64,000 bases of DNA, from the NCBI GenBank assembly GCA_003222085.1, contig QHUK01000024.1, forward strand, positions 2,078-66,077. The letters run 5' to 3'. The stretch is from Gemmatimonadota bacterium. GTDB lineage: Bacteria; Gemmatimonadota; Gemmatimonadetes; Gemmatimonadales; GWC2-71-9. This document shows positions 52,403 to 61,110 of this stretch, piece after piece (the stretch's first letter is position 1; every line of letters starts with the position of its first letter). The notes under the pieces are model-generated. The model was not told the DNA's origin. It saw only the letters and a program-made list of their open reading frames with translations, and did not search any database. A program made the position numbers and the translations under genes.

Positions 52403-53124
52403 CGCCCAGCACCATGAAGGTCGTGACAGGCGATCGGGCCAGCGCCGAGGAAGCGCGGATCCGTGCCGCGTACGCCAGGCGGGGAGGCGCATGGCGTTAC
52501 GACTGGGGCAATCCGGCGTACGTCTTCATGATGCACGATCTTGAGCGTCGCGTGCTCGCCGCACTGCGCCGGTCGAGGCTCTGGCCGCTGGACGCGAGAC
52601 GCATCCTGGACGTCGGGTGCGGCACAGGCTACTGGCTGCACCGTCTGATCGCGTGGGGAGCACAGCCGCGACATGCTGCCGGCATCGACCTGCTGCGCGA
52701 CCGAGTCCGCGGTGCGGCGCGGCGCTGTCCGCCGGACATCGGGCTGTTCTGCAGCAGCGCGGTGGCCTTGCCGTTCCGCACCGCCAGTTTCGATCTGGTC
52801 ACGCAGTTCATGGTCTTCACGTCCATTCTCGACGCCGATGTGCGGCGTTGTGTCGCGGAGGAGATGGTTCGTGTTCTCACACCCGCAGGGGTCATTCTCT
52901 GGTATGACTTCTGTGTGCCCAACCCTCGCAACCCCGATCTCCGCCCCGTCAAGGCCGCAGAGATCAGGCGCCTGTTTCCCGGGTGTTCTGTGGAGCTGAA
53001 CCGGGTGACGCTGGCCCCGCCGGTGGCACGCCTCGTCGCGCCCCTTTCGTGGACGCTGTGCTTGCTCTTGAACCTGGTCACGCCGCTGCGAACGCACTAC
53101 CTGGGCGTGATCAGGAGACAGTGA
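52399..53124 (+). CDS. Class I SAM-dependent methyltransferase
   Basis: LDVGCGTG, GIDL, LPF..ASFDLV, LWYDF. Confidence 0.88.
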   Translation: MTPSTMKVVTGDRASAEEARIRAAYARRGGAWRYDWGNPAYVFMMHDLERRVLAALRRSRLWPLDARRILDVGCGTGYWLHRLIAWGAQPRHAAGIDLLRDRVRGAARRCPPDIGLFCSSAVALPFRTASFDLVTQFMVFTSILDADVRRCVAEEMVRVLTPAGVILWYDFCVPNPRNPDLRPVKAAEIRRLFPGCSVELNRVTLAPPVARLVAPLSWTLCLLLNLVTPLRTHYLGVIRRQ

Positions 53125-53126
53125 TT

Positions 53127-54674
53127 TCACGCTGACTTCATGACGACGAAGACGTTGAAGGTCGGCCCGGTGACCGGGGGCGGCGTGAACGCTCGCCCGA
53201 CGGGAGCGGGCGGCGTGCGGCCCGCCATGGGCAGTGCGATGTTGCCTCCCTCGTAGCTCCCGCTGGCCACCGGCGGCCCAAAGAAGTCCTGGACGTTCTG
53301 CACGACGTAGCGGTCTCCCACATTGAGCACCCCAGAGAGGTCCGCGCTGACTGTGGACTGCTGCGCCCAGTTGTAGACGATGATGTTCGCCCGCCCGGCC
53401 TCATATTGGTTGGGGCGCACGATCACGAGGGTGGGCGGTGCACCGCTCCCCTCATAACGGCCCGCACCAGTGAGTCCCGTTTGCGCTTCCCACGTCCTGA
53501 AGGCCGCCGGGGCGTTGGGTGACTGCTGCCAGGTCGACCGGGTTGAGACGCCGTAGAACCGGTTTTCCGACCAGGTCTGACCACTCACGCTGGAGTCGGT
53601 CAGCACCATCGGCCCCCCGTAATCATAGACCAGGTTGCCGCGCACGGTCGCCGAGGACCACCGGTTGATGTAGAAGCCGCCGACGAAGTAGTTGTTCTCC
53701 AGCAGGACATCGACGTTGGCGCGGGAGCCCTCGGTATATCCAATCTCGACGGCCACTTTGTAGGGACTGAAGCCCGACGCCACCTCCCGATAGGTATAAT
53801 TGCCACGGACCACGATGTCGCTGGCGGCCGGGGTGCCGCCGATCAGGATTTCGTTGTTTCTGTTGACGGGCGTACTGATCGAGCCGTTGCCGAAGAGGAC
53901 ATTCCCTTCGATGTCGAACCCGTTCAGGCGGCCCTCCGCTGGCCGGGAATAGATGTGCAGACCGAACGCCTCGTTGTTGAACACGATGTTATCGGTGACG
54001 GTGACCGTGCCGGTCGCCACATCGTTTTGCAGGTAGAGGCCGTGGTCCAGGTTGAAATGTGTCCCGTTGTTGTAGATGAGGCAGCCGTAGATGGTGGTCT
54101 GGCTCGCGCTGGTGTAGAGTGGGGTAAAGCTCGCCACTCCCGTGTTCGGCCCGTCGTGAATGACGAGATTGATGAGGCGATTCGCAGTGCCGGCGTGGGC
54201 ACCGACGAGATACTCGTAATCCGTGCCCGTGGCGGCTTGCCGTGCGCTCGTGACTTCGAAGCCCCAAAACCACGCATACGAGCCCCGGACGTCGAGGCTA
54301 TTCGTCACGATCGCGCGCTCGCCGGGAAACTGGCGCACCACGATCGGGGCGTCGGCCGTCCCGGTCAGGTTACTGCGAAACCCAGCGCGATCGCTCCCCC
54401 CCGTGTAGCGACCGCCGCGCAGCCAGATCGTGCTGCCCGGCGTGACCGCTGTCGGCTGGTTCAAGGCCGTCTGCAGGTCCCACGGCTTGGTGACCGATCC
54501 GTCGCCCGACGGTGCGCCGCTCGGCGATGCGTAGAACTCGGGGCCGGCAGGGGTGCTTATCCCGGGCCTACCGGGATGGGCCTTGACGACGTCCTGCTGT
54601 GCGCAGGAGGCAAACAGCAAGGACCACCCGAGCGCGCAGCGCGCCCCGCCTGGGCGCCACGTCGTCCCATTCAA
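53127..54674 (-). CDS. Secreted right-handed beta-helix lipoprotein
   Basis: Lipobox FASC; GDGSVTKPWDL, PGSTIWLRGG, HGLY, Asn-ladder repeats. Confidence 0.85.
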   Translation of the reverse strand: MNGTTWRPGGARCALGWSLLFASCAQQDVVKAHPGRPGISTPAGPEFYASPSGAPSGDGSVTKPWDLQTALNQPTAVTPGSTIWLRGGRYTGGSDRAGFRSNLTGTADAPIVVRQFPGERAIVTNSLDVRGSYAWFWGFEVTSARQAATGTDYEYLVGAHAGTANRLINLVIHDGPNTGVASFTPLYTSASQTTIYGCLIYNNGTHFNLDHGLYLQNDVATGTVTVTDNIVFNNEAFGLHIYSRPAEGRLNGFDIEGNVLFGNGSISTPVNRNNEILIGGTPAASDIVVRGNYTYREVASGFSPYKVAVEIGYTEGSRANVDVLLENNYFVGGFYINRWSSATVRGNLVYDYGGPMVLTDSSVSGQTWSENRFYGVSTRSTWQQSPNAPAAFRTWEAQTGLTGAGRYEGSGAPPTLVIVRPNQYEAGRANIIVYNWAQQSTVSADLSGVLNVGDRYVVQNVQDFFGPPVASGSYEGGNIALPMAGRTPPAPVGRAFTPPPVTGPTFNVFVVMKSA

Positions 54675-56293
54675 CGGGGAGGTCCGCCACCCTCTCGCGC
54701 TCTTTTTTGCTCACCGGGAACGCAACGGGCGCGCCGTGTCGTCATGAGCACGAACACGTTGAACGTGGGCCCGGTCACGGGTGGTGGCTGAGCCGTGGTG
54801 GTTCCGAGCGGGATCGGGGGCGTGACGCCGACCATCGGCAATTGGACGGGGCGACCAGTGTAGAACCCGCCCGCCACGGGGGTGCCATAGAAGTCCTGGA
54901 CGTTCTTCACCACGTAGCGGTCACCCTGGTCGAGGATCCCAGAGACGTCTACGTCCACCGTGCTCTGCTGCGCCCAGTTGTAGACGATGATGTTCGCACG
55001 ACCCGGCTCGTACCGGTTCGGGCGAACCACGATTTTGACCCCCGTTGGGGCGCTGCCCGCGTAGGTGCCCGGATAGGCGAATCCGGTGAGCGTGCGCCAG
55101 CCGTCAAACGTGGTGACGGTGCTGCTATCGTAGCGCCACGCCAGGTGCGTGGAGTCGCCAAAGAACGTGTTGCCGTTCCACGTCTGGCCACTGAGAGTCC
55201 CCATGTTCCACACCATGCCGCCGTCCGCAAAGTTGAACAGCGTATTTCCCGACACTGTGGCCCTCTCCCAAGCGCCCAGGTGAGACCATCCCCCGACGAA
55301 GTAGTTGTTGGTGAGGACGATGTCGTGGTTCACGACCAGATTGTAGCCTATGTCGGCCGCCTTGGTGTCGGCGTCATTGGTTCGGTAGGTGTAATTCTGA
55401 TCGATGACGATTCCTGACGCGGGAAAGTGGCCGCCAACAAAAATGTCCGCGTCCGACGGCACGCCCCAGACGTAGTCGTTGAATGCGACATTGCCTTCGA
55501 GCGCGATGTTCTGGAGATACGGTCCAACCTTGGCGAAGCAGTGAAGGCCAAACGCCCAATTGTCGAAGACGATGTTATCCTGCAACAGGACGCTGCTCTG
55601 GCTCTGGCAGTAAATGCCGTGGTCCAGGTTGTCGGTCCGTCCGTTGTTGTAGGCGATAGATCCGTACACCTCGGCGTCGGTTGCCTCGGGCTGGATGAAA
55701 ATCCCGCTCCCGGTCGCATCATGGACGACCAAATTGATGAACTTGGCCCCGGGCCCGTGGTCGTCGATGCCAAACAACTGGGGGGCCACCTGCGGGAGGG
55801 TGTGCACGACCTCGAATCCCCAATACCAGGTATACCCACCGCGGACCACGAGGAACTTCGTCACGGTCGCGCGCTCGCTCGGAAACTGACGTACCACGAT
55901 GGGCGCGGCAGCGGTCCCAGTCAGATTGCTCACGTAGCCGCCGGAGTACGGACCGTCGGCGTACGTTCCTCCGCGCAACCAGATCGTGCTGCCCGGCGTC
56001 ACTGCGGCCGGGCCGTCGAGGGCCGTCGCTAAGTCCCAGGGGTTCGCGAACGATCCGTCGCCGGATGGAGCGCCGGTCGGTGAGACGTAAAACTGCGAGG
56101 CGGGATCGAAGCGGCGGTCCGCGAGTAAGGGTGTCGCGCGGCCGCTATCGGGGCCAACCGCATCCGGCGATGCGCAGGCGGCGCATAGCAGCAACGGCGT
56201 GAGTGCGAAGCGCACCCAGCCCGGCTCGATGCGAGGCAACATGCGGGCGCTGACAGAGTGCATGGCCTGGGGAGCGGGCAGCAAGTTCCGCAC
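54671..56293 (-). CDS. Secreted right-handed beta-helix protein (paralog of 53127-54674)
   Basis: Shares GDGS..PWDL, PGSTIWLRGG, HGIY, GRANIIVYNWAQQSTV, TGPTFNVFV. Confidence 0.85.
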   Translation of the reverse strand: MRNLLPAPQAMHSVSARMLPRIEPGWVRFALTPLLLCAACASPDAVGPDSGRATPLLADRRFDPASQFYVSPTGAPSGDGSFANPWDLATALDGPAAVTPGSTIWLRGGTYADGPYSGGYVSNLTGTAAAPIVVRQFPSERATVTKFLVVRGGYTWYWGFEVVHTLPQVAPQLFGIDDHGPGAKFINLVVHDATGSGIFIQPEATDAEVYGSIAYNNGRTDNLDHGIYCQSQSSVLLQDNIVFDNWAFGLHCFAKVGPYLQNIALEGNVAFNDYVWGVPSDADIFVGGHFPASGIVIDQNYTYRTNDADTKAADIGYNLVVNHDIVLTNNYFVGGWSHLGAWERATVSGNTLFNFADGGMVWNMGTLSGQTWNGNTFFGDSTHLAWRYDSSTVTTFDGWRTLTGFAYPGTYAGSAPTGVKIVVRPNRYEPGRANIIVYNWAQQSTVDVDVSGILDQGDRYVVKNVQDFYGTPVAGGFYTGRPVQLPMVGVTPPIPLGTTTAQPPPVTGPTFNVFVLMTTRRARCVPGEQKRAREGGGPPR

Positions 56294-56395
56294 CTGCGGC
56301 CCCCCCCTTCCTCAATTGTGCGAGCACACCCCTGTGCGCAATGCTCTGTGGCCCCGATGGCAACACCTGTCGCCGGGCGGCAGCGTCGCGGCCTT

Positions 56396-58279
56396 TCAGC
56401 TACGGTGGATTTCGTGCCACAGTTCGAATTCGGCCACGTGGAAGAGCTTCAGTGCGGCCTCGGGCTCGATGCGATGATCATTCTGCAAGACGCTCAGCAT
56501 TGCCTCGACGTTGTAGATCCCCCGCTCACGGGCAGCCCGACTGGCCAGGATGTCGCGCAGGGGTTCGGCGAGGGCGCCGGTCATCCACAGGTGCAGCGAC
56601 GTTGGAAAGCCCATCTTCTCGACACGATTTCTCACGGAGTCCGGCACACGGCCGCGCACACTTCTGCGAAGGAGGACCTTGTTCCAGGCGCCTTGCATTT
56701 TTTGATCTGCCGGTACGCGGAAGGCGAGGGAGACCAGGCGGTAGTCCATGAAGGGCAAGCGAGCCTCGAGGCCGTGGGCCATCGAGTTGCGATCTTCCAG
56801 CCGGAGATAATGAGGTAAGCGCGCCTGCTCGACGGAGCGTCTGAGCACTGCGTTCAAGTGGGAGTCCTGGTAGCCCTCGTCGGGTGCAGCGTGACGCTCG
56901 AGCAGATATGGTGCAAACCAGCCCTTGTGCTTGAAGCGGCGCCACCGCCGCCCGCCCGCGAGGCGGCGATACGGCGGGAGACGCCGCAGTTCCTGGTGGA
57001 ACAAGCGACCGAGGGAGCGCAGGAACAGCTGCCCGGTGCTGGCCCCGTGCCAGGCGGCATACTCTTGGATCTCGTGCCACGCTCTGGTGACTTGGGCGGT
57101 GCGGAGCAACGTGTACCAGTGGTCGGGGAAGTAGCTCGGATAGCCCGCCAAGATTTCATCCGATCCCTGCCCGTTCAGCACGACCTTCACGCCGTTGCTC
57201 GCTGCCAGCTTCATCAGGTGGAACCCGGCGATCGGCGCCCCCGAGATGATCGGCTCATCCTGAAAGCGCAGCACCTCGGTCAGGCTCTCCCACATCGCTT
57301 CGGGAGTCAGCGAGATGCGTCGCAGTAACGCGCCGGTCTGTGCAAGGGTGTCGGCAATAAAGGCGCGCTCATCGAACGCGGACTCATGATAGCAAAAGGC
57401 CAGGAGCGGGGCCGCTTGACCAGCGGCGGTGGGACCACCCTGCCGGTTTCGCGCCATGGCACAAATGATCGCCGTGGAGTCGAGCCCCCCGGACAGACAC
57501 ACGCCCACCGGAACGTCGCTCCGCAGACGGATGCGCACGGCATCCTCGAGCAGCTCTGCGAACGCGTCTTCGACCCCTGAGGTCGGCTCCGGCTCGATCG
57601 CTGAAAGGGACCAATAGGCCCACTGGCGCCAGCGCCCATCGAGCCTGAGCTCGAACGCGCATGCCGGCGGGATCTGGTCGATGCCGGCGTAAAAAGTCGC
57701 AGCGGTCTCATCCAGTTTGCCGTCGAGGAGGAAGTCCGCGGACACCTGCCAGTTCGTTTCGCGCACATAGAGGCCTGAAGCCAGGATGGCCTTCACCTCC
57801 GAGGCGAGCAGCCAGCAGTCCTTGCCCCGGTGCACGAAGAGGGGCTTTACGCCGAACCGGTCCCGCGCGCCGAACAGCACGCCGCGGCGCCGGTCGTGGA
57901 TGACAAATGCCCACATCCCGTTCAGCTTGGCGAGGCAGTTCGGGCCCCACTGTCGGTAGGCCGCCAGCAAGACCTCGGTGTCGCTGGTCGATCGGAAATG
58001 GTACCCGGCGGCCTGCAGCTCGTCGCGCAACTCGATGTAGTTGTAGATCTCGCCATTGAAGACGATGACCAGTTGGCCATCCTCCGAGCACATGGGCTGG
58101 TGGCCAGCCGGGCTCAGGTCCAGGATGGAGAGCCTGCGAAAACCGAACCCCACGTGGTGGTCGAGGTACAGGCCCGAGTCGTCCGGGCCCCGGTGGGCGA
58201 TGCTCTGCGCCATCCGGGTCAGGACCGCCGCGTCTGCCGGTCGACCACCGAGGCCGAGCATCACTACCAGACCGCACAT
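56396..58279 (-). CDS. asnB: AsnB-family amidotransferase 3 (WbpS-like)
   Basis: MCGL, HRGPD, LSGGLDS, GQGSDE, EDRNSMAHGLEARLPFMDYRL. Confidence 0.9.
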   Translation of the reverse strand: MCGLVVMLGLGGRPADAAVLTRMAQSIAHRGPDDSGLYLDHHVGFGFRRLSILDLSPAGHQPMCSEDGQLVIVFNGEIYNYIELRDELQAAGYHFRSTSDTEVLLAAYRQWGPNCLAKLNGMWAFVIHDRRRGVLFGARDRFGVKPLFVHRGKDCWLLASEVKAILASGLYVRETNWQVSADFLLDGKLDETAATFYAGIDQIPPACAFELRLDGRWRQWAYWSLSAIEPEPTSGVEDAFAELLEDAVRIRLRSDVPVGVCLSGGLDSTAIICAMARNRQGGPTAAGQAAPLLAFCYHESAFDERAFIADTLAQTGALLRRISLTPEAMWESLTEVLRFQDEPIISGAPIAGFHLMKLAASNGVKVVLNGQGSDEILAGYPSYFPDHWYTLLRTAQVTRAWHEIQEYAAWHGASTGQLFLRSLGRLFHQELRRLPPYRRLAGGRRWRRFKHKGWFAPYLLERHAAPDEGYQDSHLNAVLRRSVEQARLPHYLRLEDRNSMAHGLEARLPFMDYRLVSLAFRVPADQKMQGAWNKVLLRRSVRGRVPDSVRNRVEKMGFPTSLHLWMTGALAEPLRDILASRAARERGIYNVEAMLSVLQNDHRIEPEAALKLFHVAEFELWHEIHRS

Positions 58280-58356
58280 TTTCGACCACGCCTTTCGGTT
58301 CTCGCCGAGGGGCGCAGCCGCATAAACGGTGCCGCAGGTCTCCGGAGGGGGGGCAC

Positions 58357-58392
58357 AAAAAAGACTCCCCCCGGCGTCGATGCCGGGGGGAG
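58357..58392 (-). terminator. Rho-independent terminator
   Basis: CTCCCCCCGGC-N6-GCCGGGGGGAG stem followed on the minus strand by TCTTTTTT. Confidence 0.8.
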
Positions 58393-58421
58393 CGCGGAAA
58401 GCTGGCTCTATGAGATAGGCA

Positions 58422-61037
58422 TCAGTGCCTCTCGTATGGCCCGATATCGACGGACGTGCCCGCGGGCCGGGCGACGCCGTCCAGGTCGAGCAGCGGCACG
58501 CAGCCGGTCACGCCGCTGGCACAGCTGATCGTGCCCGCGTCGATCGCCACCGCCCCGCTCTGGAGATGGTAATCCCCGCTCATGTTGCCGGTATAGTTCA
58601 CAAAGAGGGCGCTGAATTGGGCGGCCGTCAACGTGAGGGTACCGGACTGGGTTCCTCCGCAGCAAAGGTCCAGATTCGCTGTGGAGTTATTGTAGACGAT
58701 GTTGTTGTTGTAGACGTTGTGAGGACCGGCGGTCGGGTATTCGTAAATCCCCCGGCCGTTGTTGACCGCAATGTTGTTGTTCACGGTCGTGTAATCGTCC
58801 GACGTGATGCCGCCGTCGGCGGCGATTTGAATGCCGTATTTGCAGTTGGCCACCACGTTATTGGAGACGATCGAGCGCGTGGCGCCGTGGTAGTGGGTGA
58901 TGCACGCGGCGGACACCCGGGTGACGATGTTGTTCATGATGACGCTACTTGGGCCGCCTGTGTAGATGCCGTGAATGAGGTTCGAGCCGGTGCCCATGGC
59001 GATGTTGTCGACCACGTTGCCGATGATTTGAATGCCGGTCTTGCTGTAGCTGCAGCAGTCCCCGAGGATGCCGGCGTAGCCGCCGGTGCCCGGCAGGTCG
59101 TGGACGCGGTTGCCGATCACCTTGTCGTAATTGCCGTTGACGCCGATGCCTTCGGAGCAGTTGCCGGTGACATCGAAGTTGATGATCTGGACATAGTCGC
59201 CGCTGTTCCAAATGGGGTCGCACCCCGAGCCATAAACCTTCGCTCCCCATTTCGTGTCCGAGACGTAGGAGATGGGCGCGGCGGCGGTCCCGCTCTTGGT
59301 CACCTTATTGCCGGAGTAGCTCCACGTGTAGTTGCCGGAAGCGAAATGGGCGTTGTCGCCCGGGCTCATGAGTTGGGAAACGCGCGCCATGGTGTAGCAG
59401 GGAGCGGTGGCGGTGCAGGGATTGCCATCCGAGCCCGACGGCGCGACGTAGTAATTCGTGCCAGTGCCCAACGTGTAAAGCGGCGTCGAGGTGCTTCCGA
59501 GAATCACGGTCACCGCGGCGCTCCCGGTGTGCACCCCGCTCGTCGCCGTGATCGTCGCCGTGCCGACCACGAGCCCCGTCACCAGCCCGGTGCCGCTCAC
59601 CGGTGCCAGGGCCGGGGCGCTGGACGCCCAGGTGACCGACCGGCCCCTGAGCACGTTGCCGCTCGCATCTTTGAGCGTCGCCGTGAGCTGCACCGTGCCC
59701 CCGCCCGACACGGTGGTCGCCGCCGGGCTCATGGTCACGGAGGCCACCGGTGCCGGCGGGAGTGGGGTCCAAACCCCGACGGTGACGTTGCAGACGGTCG
59801 CACTGCCCCCATTGGTGTCAAGGCCGAGATGGTTCAGGGCGGGTACCGCCGCCTGCTCCGTGCGGAAGGCGAACGCGTTACCCAACAGCTGTTCGGTGGC
59901 GCCGGCGGGCGTCACGTAGATGTCGTAGCTATGGGAGGCGAGGTCGACGTCCAGGCGAAAGTGGTAGCTCGTGCCCGCCGTGTAGGGGATGGCGGTCGTG
60001 GCGGCATAGTCGCCCCCGTTGCGGGCGTCGATCGTGCCGGTGGAGTTGAAGCGCACGATGGCAGCCAGGTTGGTCCAATCCGCGGCGGGGCCGTTGGACA
60101 GGCCCACCGCGGCGTTCGTACTCGCGGTGGCGGCGGTGGCGTCAAACTGCGCCTCAAAGGCGCCGGTTTGCGTGGGGACGGGGCTGTTGCGCCAGATCCC
60201 CGCGCTGGTCAAGCAGTTGGGGGCTGTAACGGAGATGGCAGCCGTGCCGCTCTTGCCCTCGCTCGTTGCCGTAATCGTCACAGTCCCGGTGGCGACGCCC
60301 GCCAGCAGGCCGCTCGCGGAGATCGTCGCGAGCCCGTTGGTGCTGCTCGTCCACGTCACAGTCCGGCCAGTGAGCGTGTTCCCGGCCGAGTCCCGGGTCA
60401 CGGCGGCGAGCTGCACCGTCGCGCCGACCACGACGCTCGTCGACGCCGGGCTCACCGTCACCGCGGCCACCGGTACGTTACTGCTCGGGATTGTGGTCGC
60501 GGGGGCGAGGATCGCTACTTCCGTGATGCTGTTCCAAGCGCTCTGGCTGTTTCCGTGGCCCACGACGCGGACGTAGCGGGCGGAGGTTCGCGTGAAGGCG
60601 TAGATCTCGGGCTGGAGCGTTTGCCCGCTGCTCTGGCCGGAGAAGACCCTCCACCAGACGACGGCGTTCCACGAGACTTCGATGTCGAAGTACGCGATGC
60701 GGCTGTCGCCCAGGTACCAGGCGACGGCCACGCGATCGATGTCCACGATGGCGCCGAGGTCGTAGCGGATCCACTGGCCGTCGCCCTGCGCCGACCAGCG
60801 GGTGGCGAGGCTGTTGTCGAGCGTGTTCTGCGGGAGGTTGCCGTCATTCGCGCTCGCCACGACCGACGCCACGGGGAACGGAGTGAGATCCGCAGAGACG
60901 GCGAGTTGTCCGGGAGAGCTGCGGGATAGCGTGGGATCAGTGAGGTCGCGCTCGCATGCCAGCGCCAGGACGACACTCGTGGCAAGCGCGGCTTTCAAGA
61001 TGGCCAGCCGCTTGGACAGCTTGAACTTGAAGTTCAT
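58422..61037 (-). CDS. Secreted modular protein: F5/8C (CBM32) - Big_2 - beta-sandwich - Big_2 - beta-helix
   Basis: MNFKFKLSKRLA...LALAC; TRWSAQGDGQWIRYDLG; VAAVTVSP...GRTVTWTSS; YYVAPSGSD...HGIY...DIGPYE. Confidence 0.88.
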   Translation of the reverse strand: MNFKFKLSKRLAILKAALATSVVLALACERDLTDPTLSRSSPGQLAVSADLTPFPVASVVASANDGNLPQNTLDNSLATRWSAQGDGQWIRYDLGAIVDIDRVAVAWYLGDSRIAYFDIEVSWNAVVWWRVFSGQSSGQTLQPEIYAFTRTSARYVRVVGHGNSQSAWNSITEVAILAPATTIPSSNVPVAAVTVSPASTSVVVGATVQLAAVTRDSAGNTLTGRTVTWTSSTNGLATISASGLLAGVATGTVTITATSEGKSGTAAISVTAPNCLTSAGIWRNSPVPTQTGAFEAQFDATAATASTNAAVGLSNGPAADWTNLAAIVRFNSTGTIDARNGGDYAATTAIPYTAGTSYHFRLDVDLASHSYDIYVTPAGATEQLLGNAFAFRTEQAAVPALNHLGLDTNGGSATVCNVTVGVWTPLPPAPVASVTMSPAATTVSGGGTVQLTATLKDASGNVLRGRSVTWASSAPALAPVSGTGLVTGLVVGTATITATSGVHTGSAAVTVILGSTSTPLYTLGTGTNYYVAPSGSDGNPCTATAPCYTMARVSQLMSPGDNAHFASGNYTWSYSGNKVTKSGTAAAPISYVSDTKWGAKVYGSGCDPIWNSGDYVQIINFDVTGNCSEGIGVNGNYDKVIGNRVHDLPGTGGYAGILGDCCSYSKTGIQIIGNVVDNIAMGTGSNLIHGIYTGGPSSVIMNNIVTRVSAACITHYHGATRSIVSNNVVANCKYGIQIAADGGITSDDYTTVNNNIAVNNGRGIYEYPTAGPHNVYNNNIVYNNSTANLDLCCGGTQSGTLTLTAAQFSALFVNYTGNMSGDYHLQSGAVAIDAGTISCASGVTGCVPLLDLDGVARPAGTSVDIGPYERH

Positions 61038-61110
61038 ACTCGGGCGCTCCTTCTGTACATGGTGAAAGGCCGTCGGCTTCGACGGTTACAGCGTTTTCAC
61101 AGACGTGGTA

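Noticed and set aside
34648-58279. Lasso peptide cyclase / RiPP cluster
   Set aside because: All three AsnB proteins have intact glutaminase domains, and no B1/B2 proteins or precursor peptide were seen.
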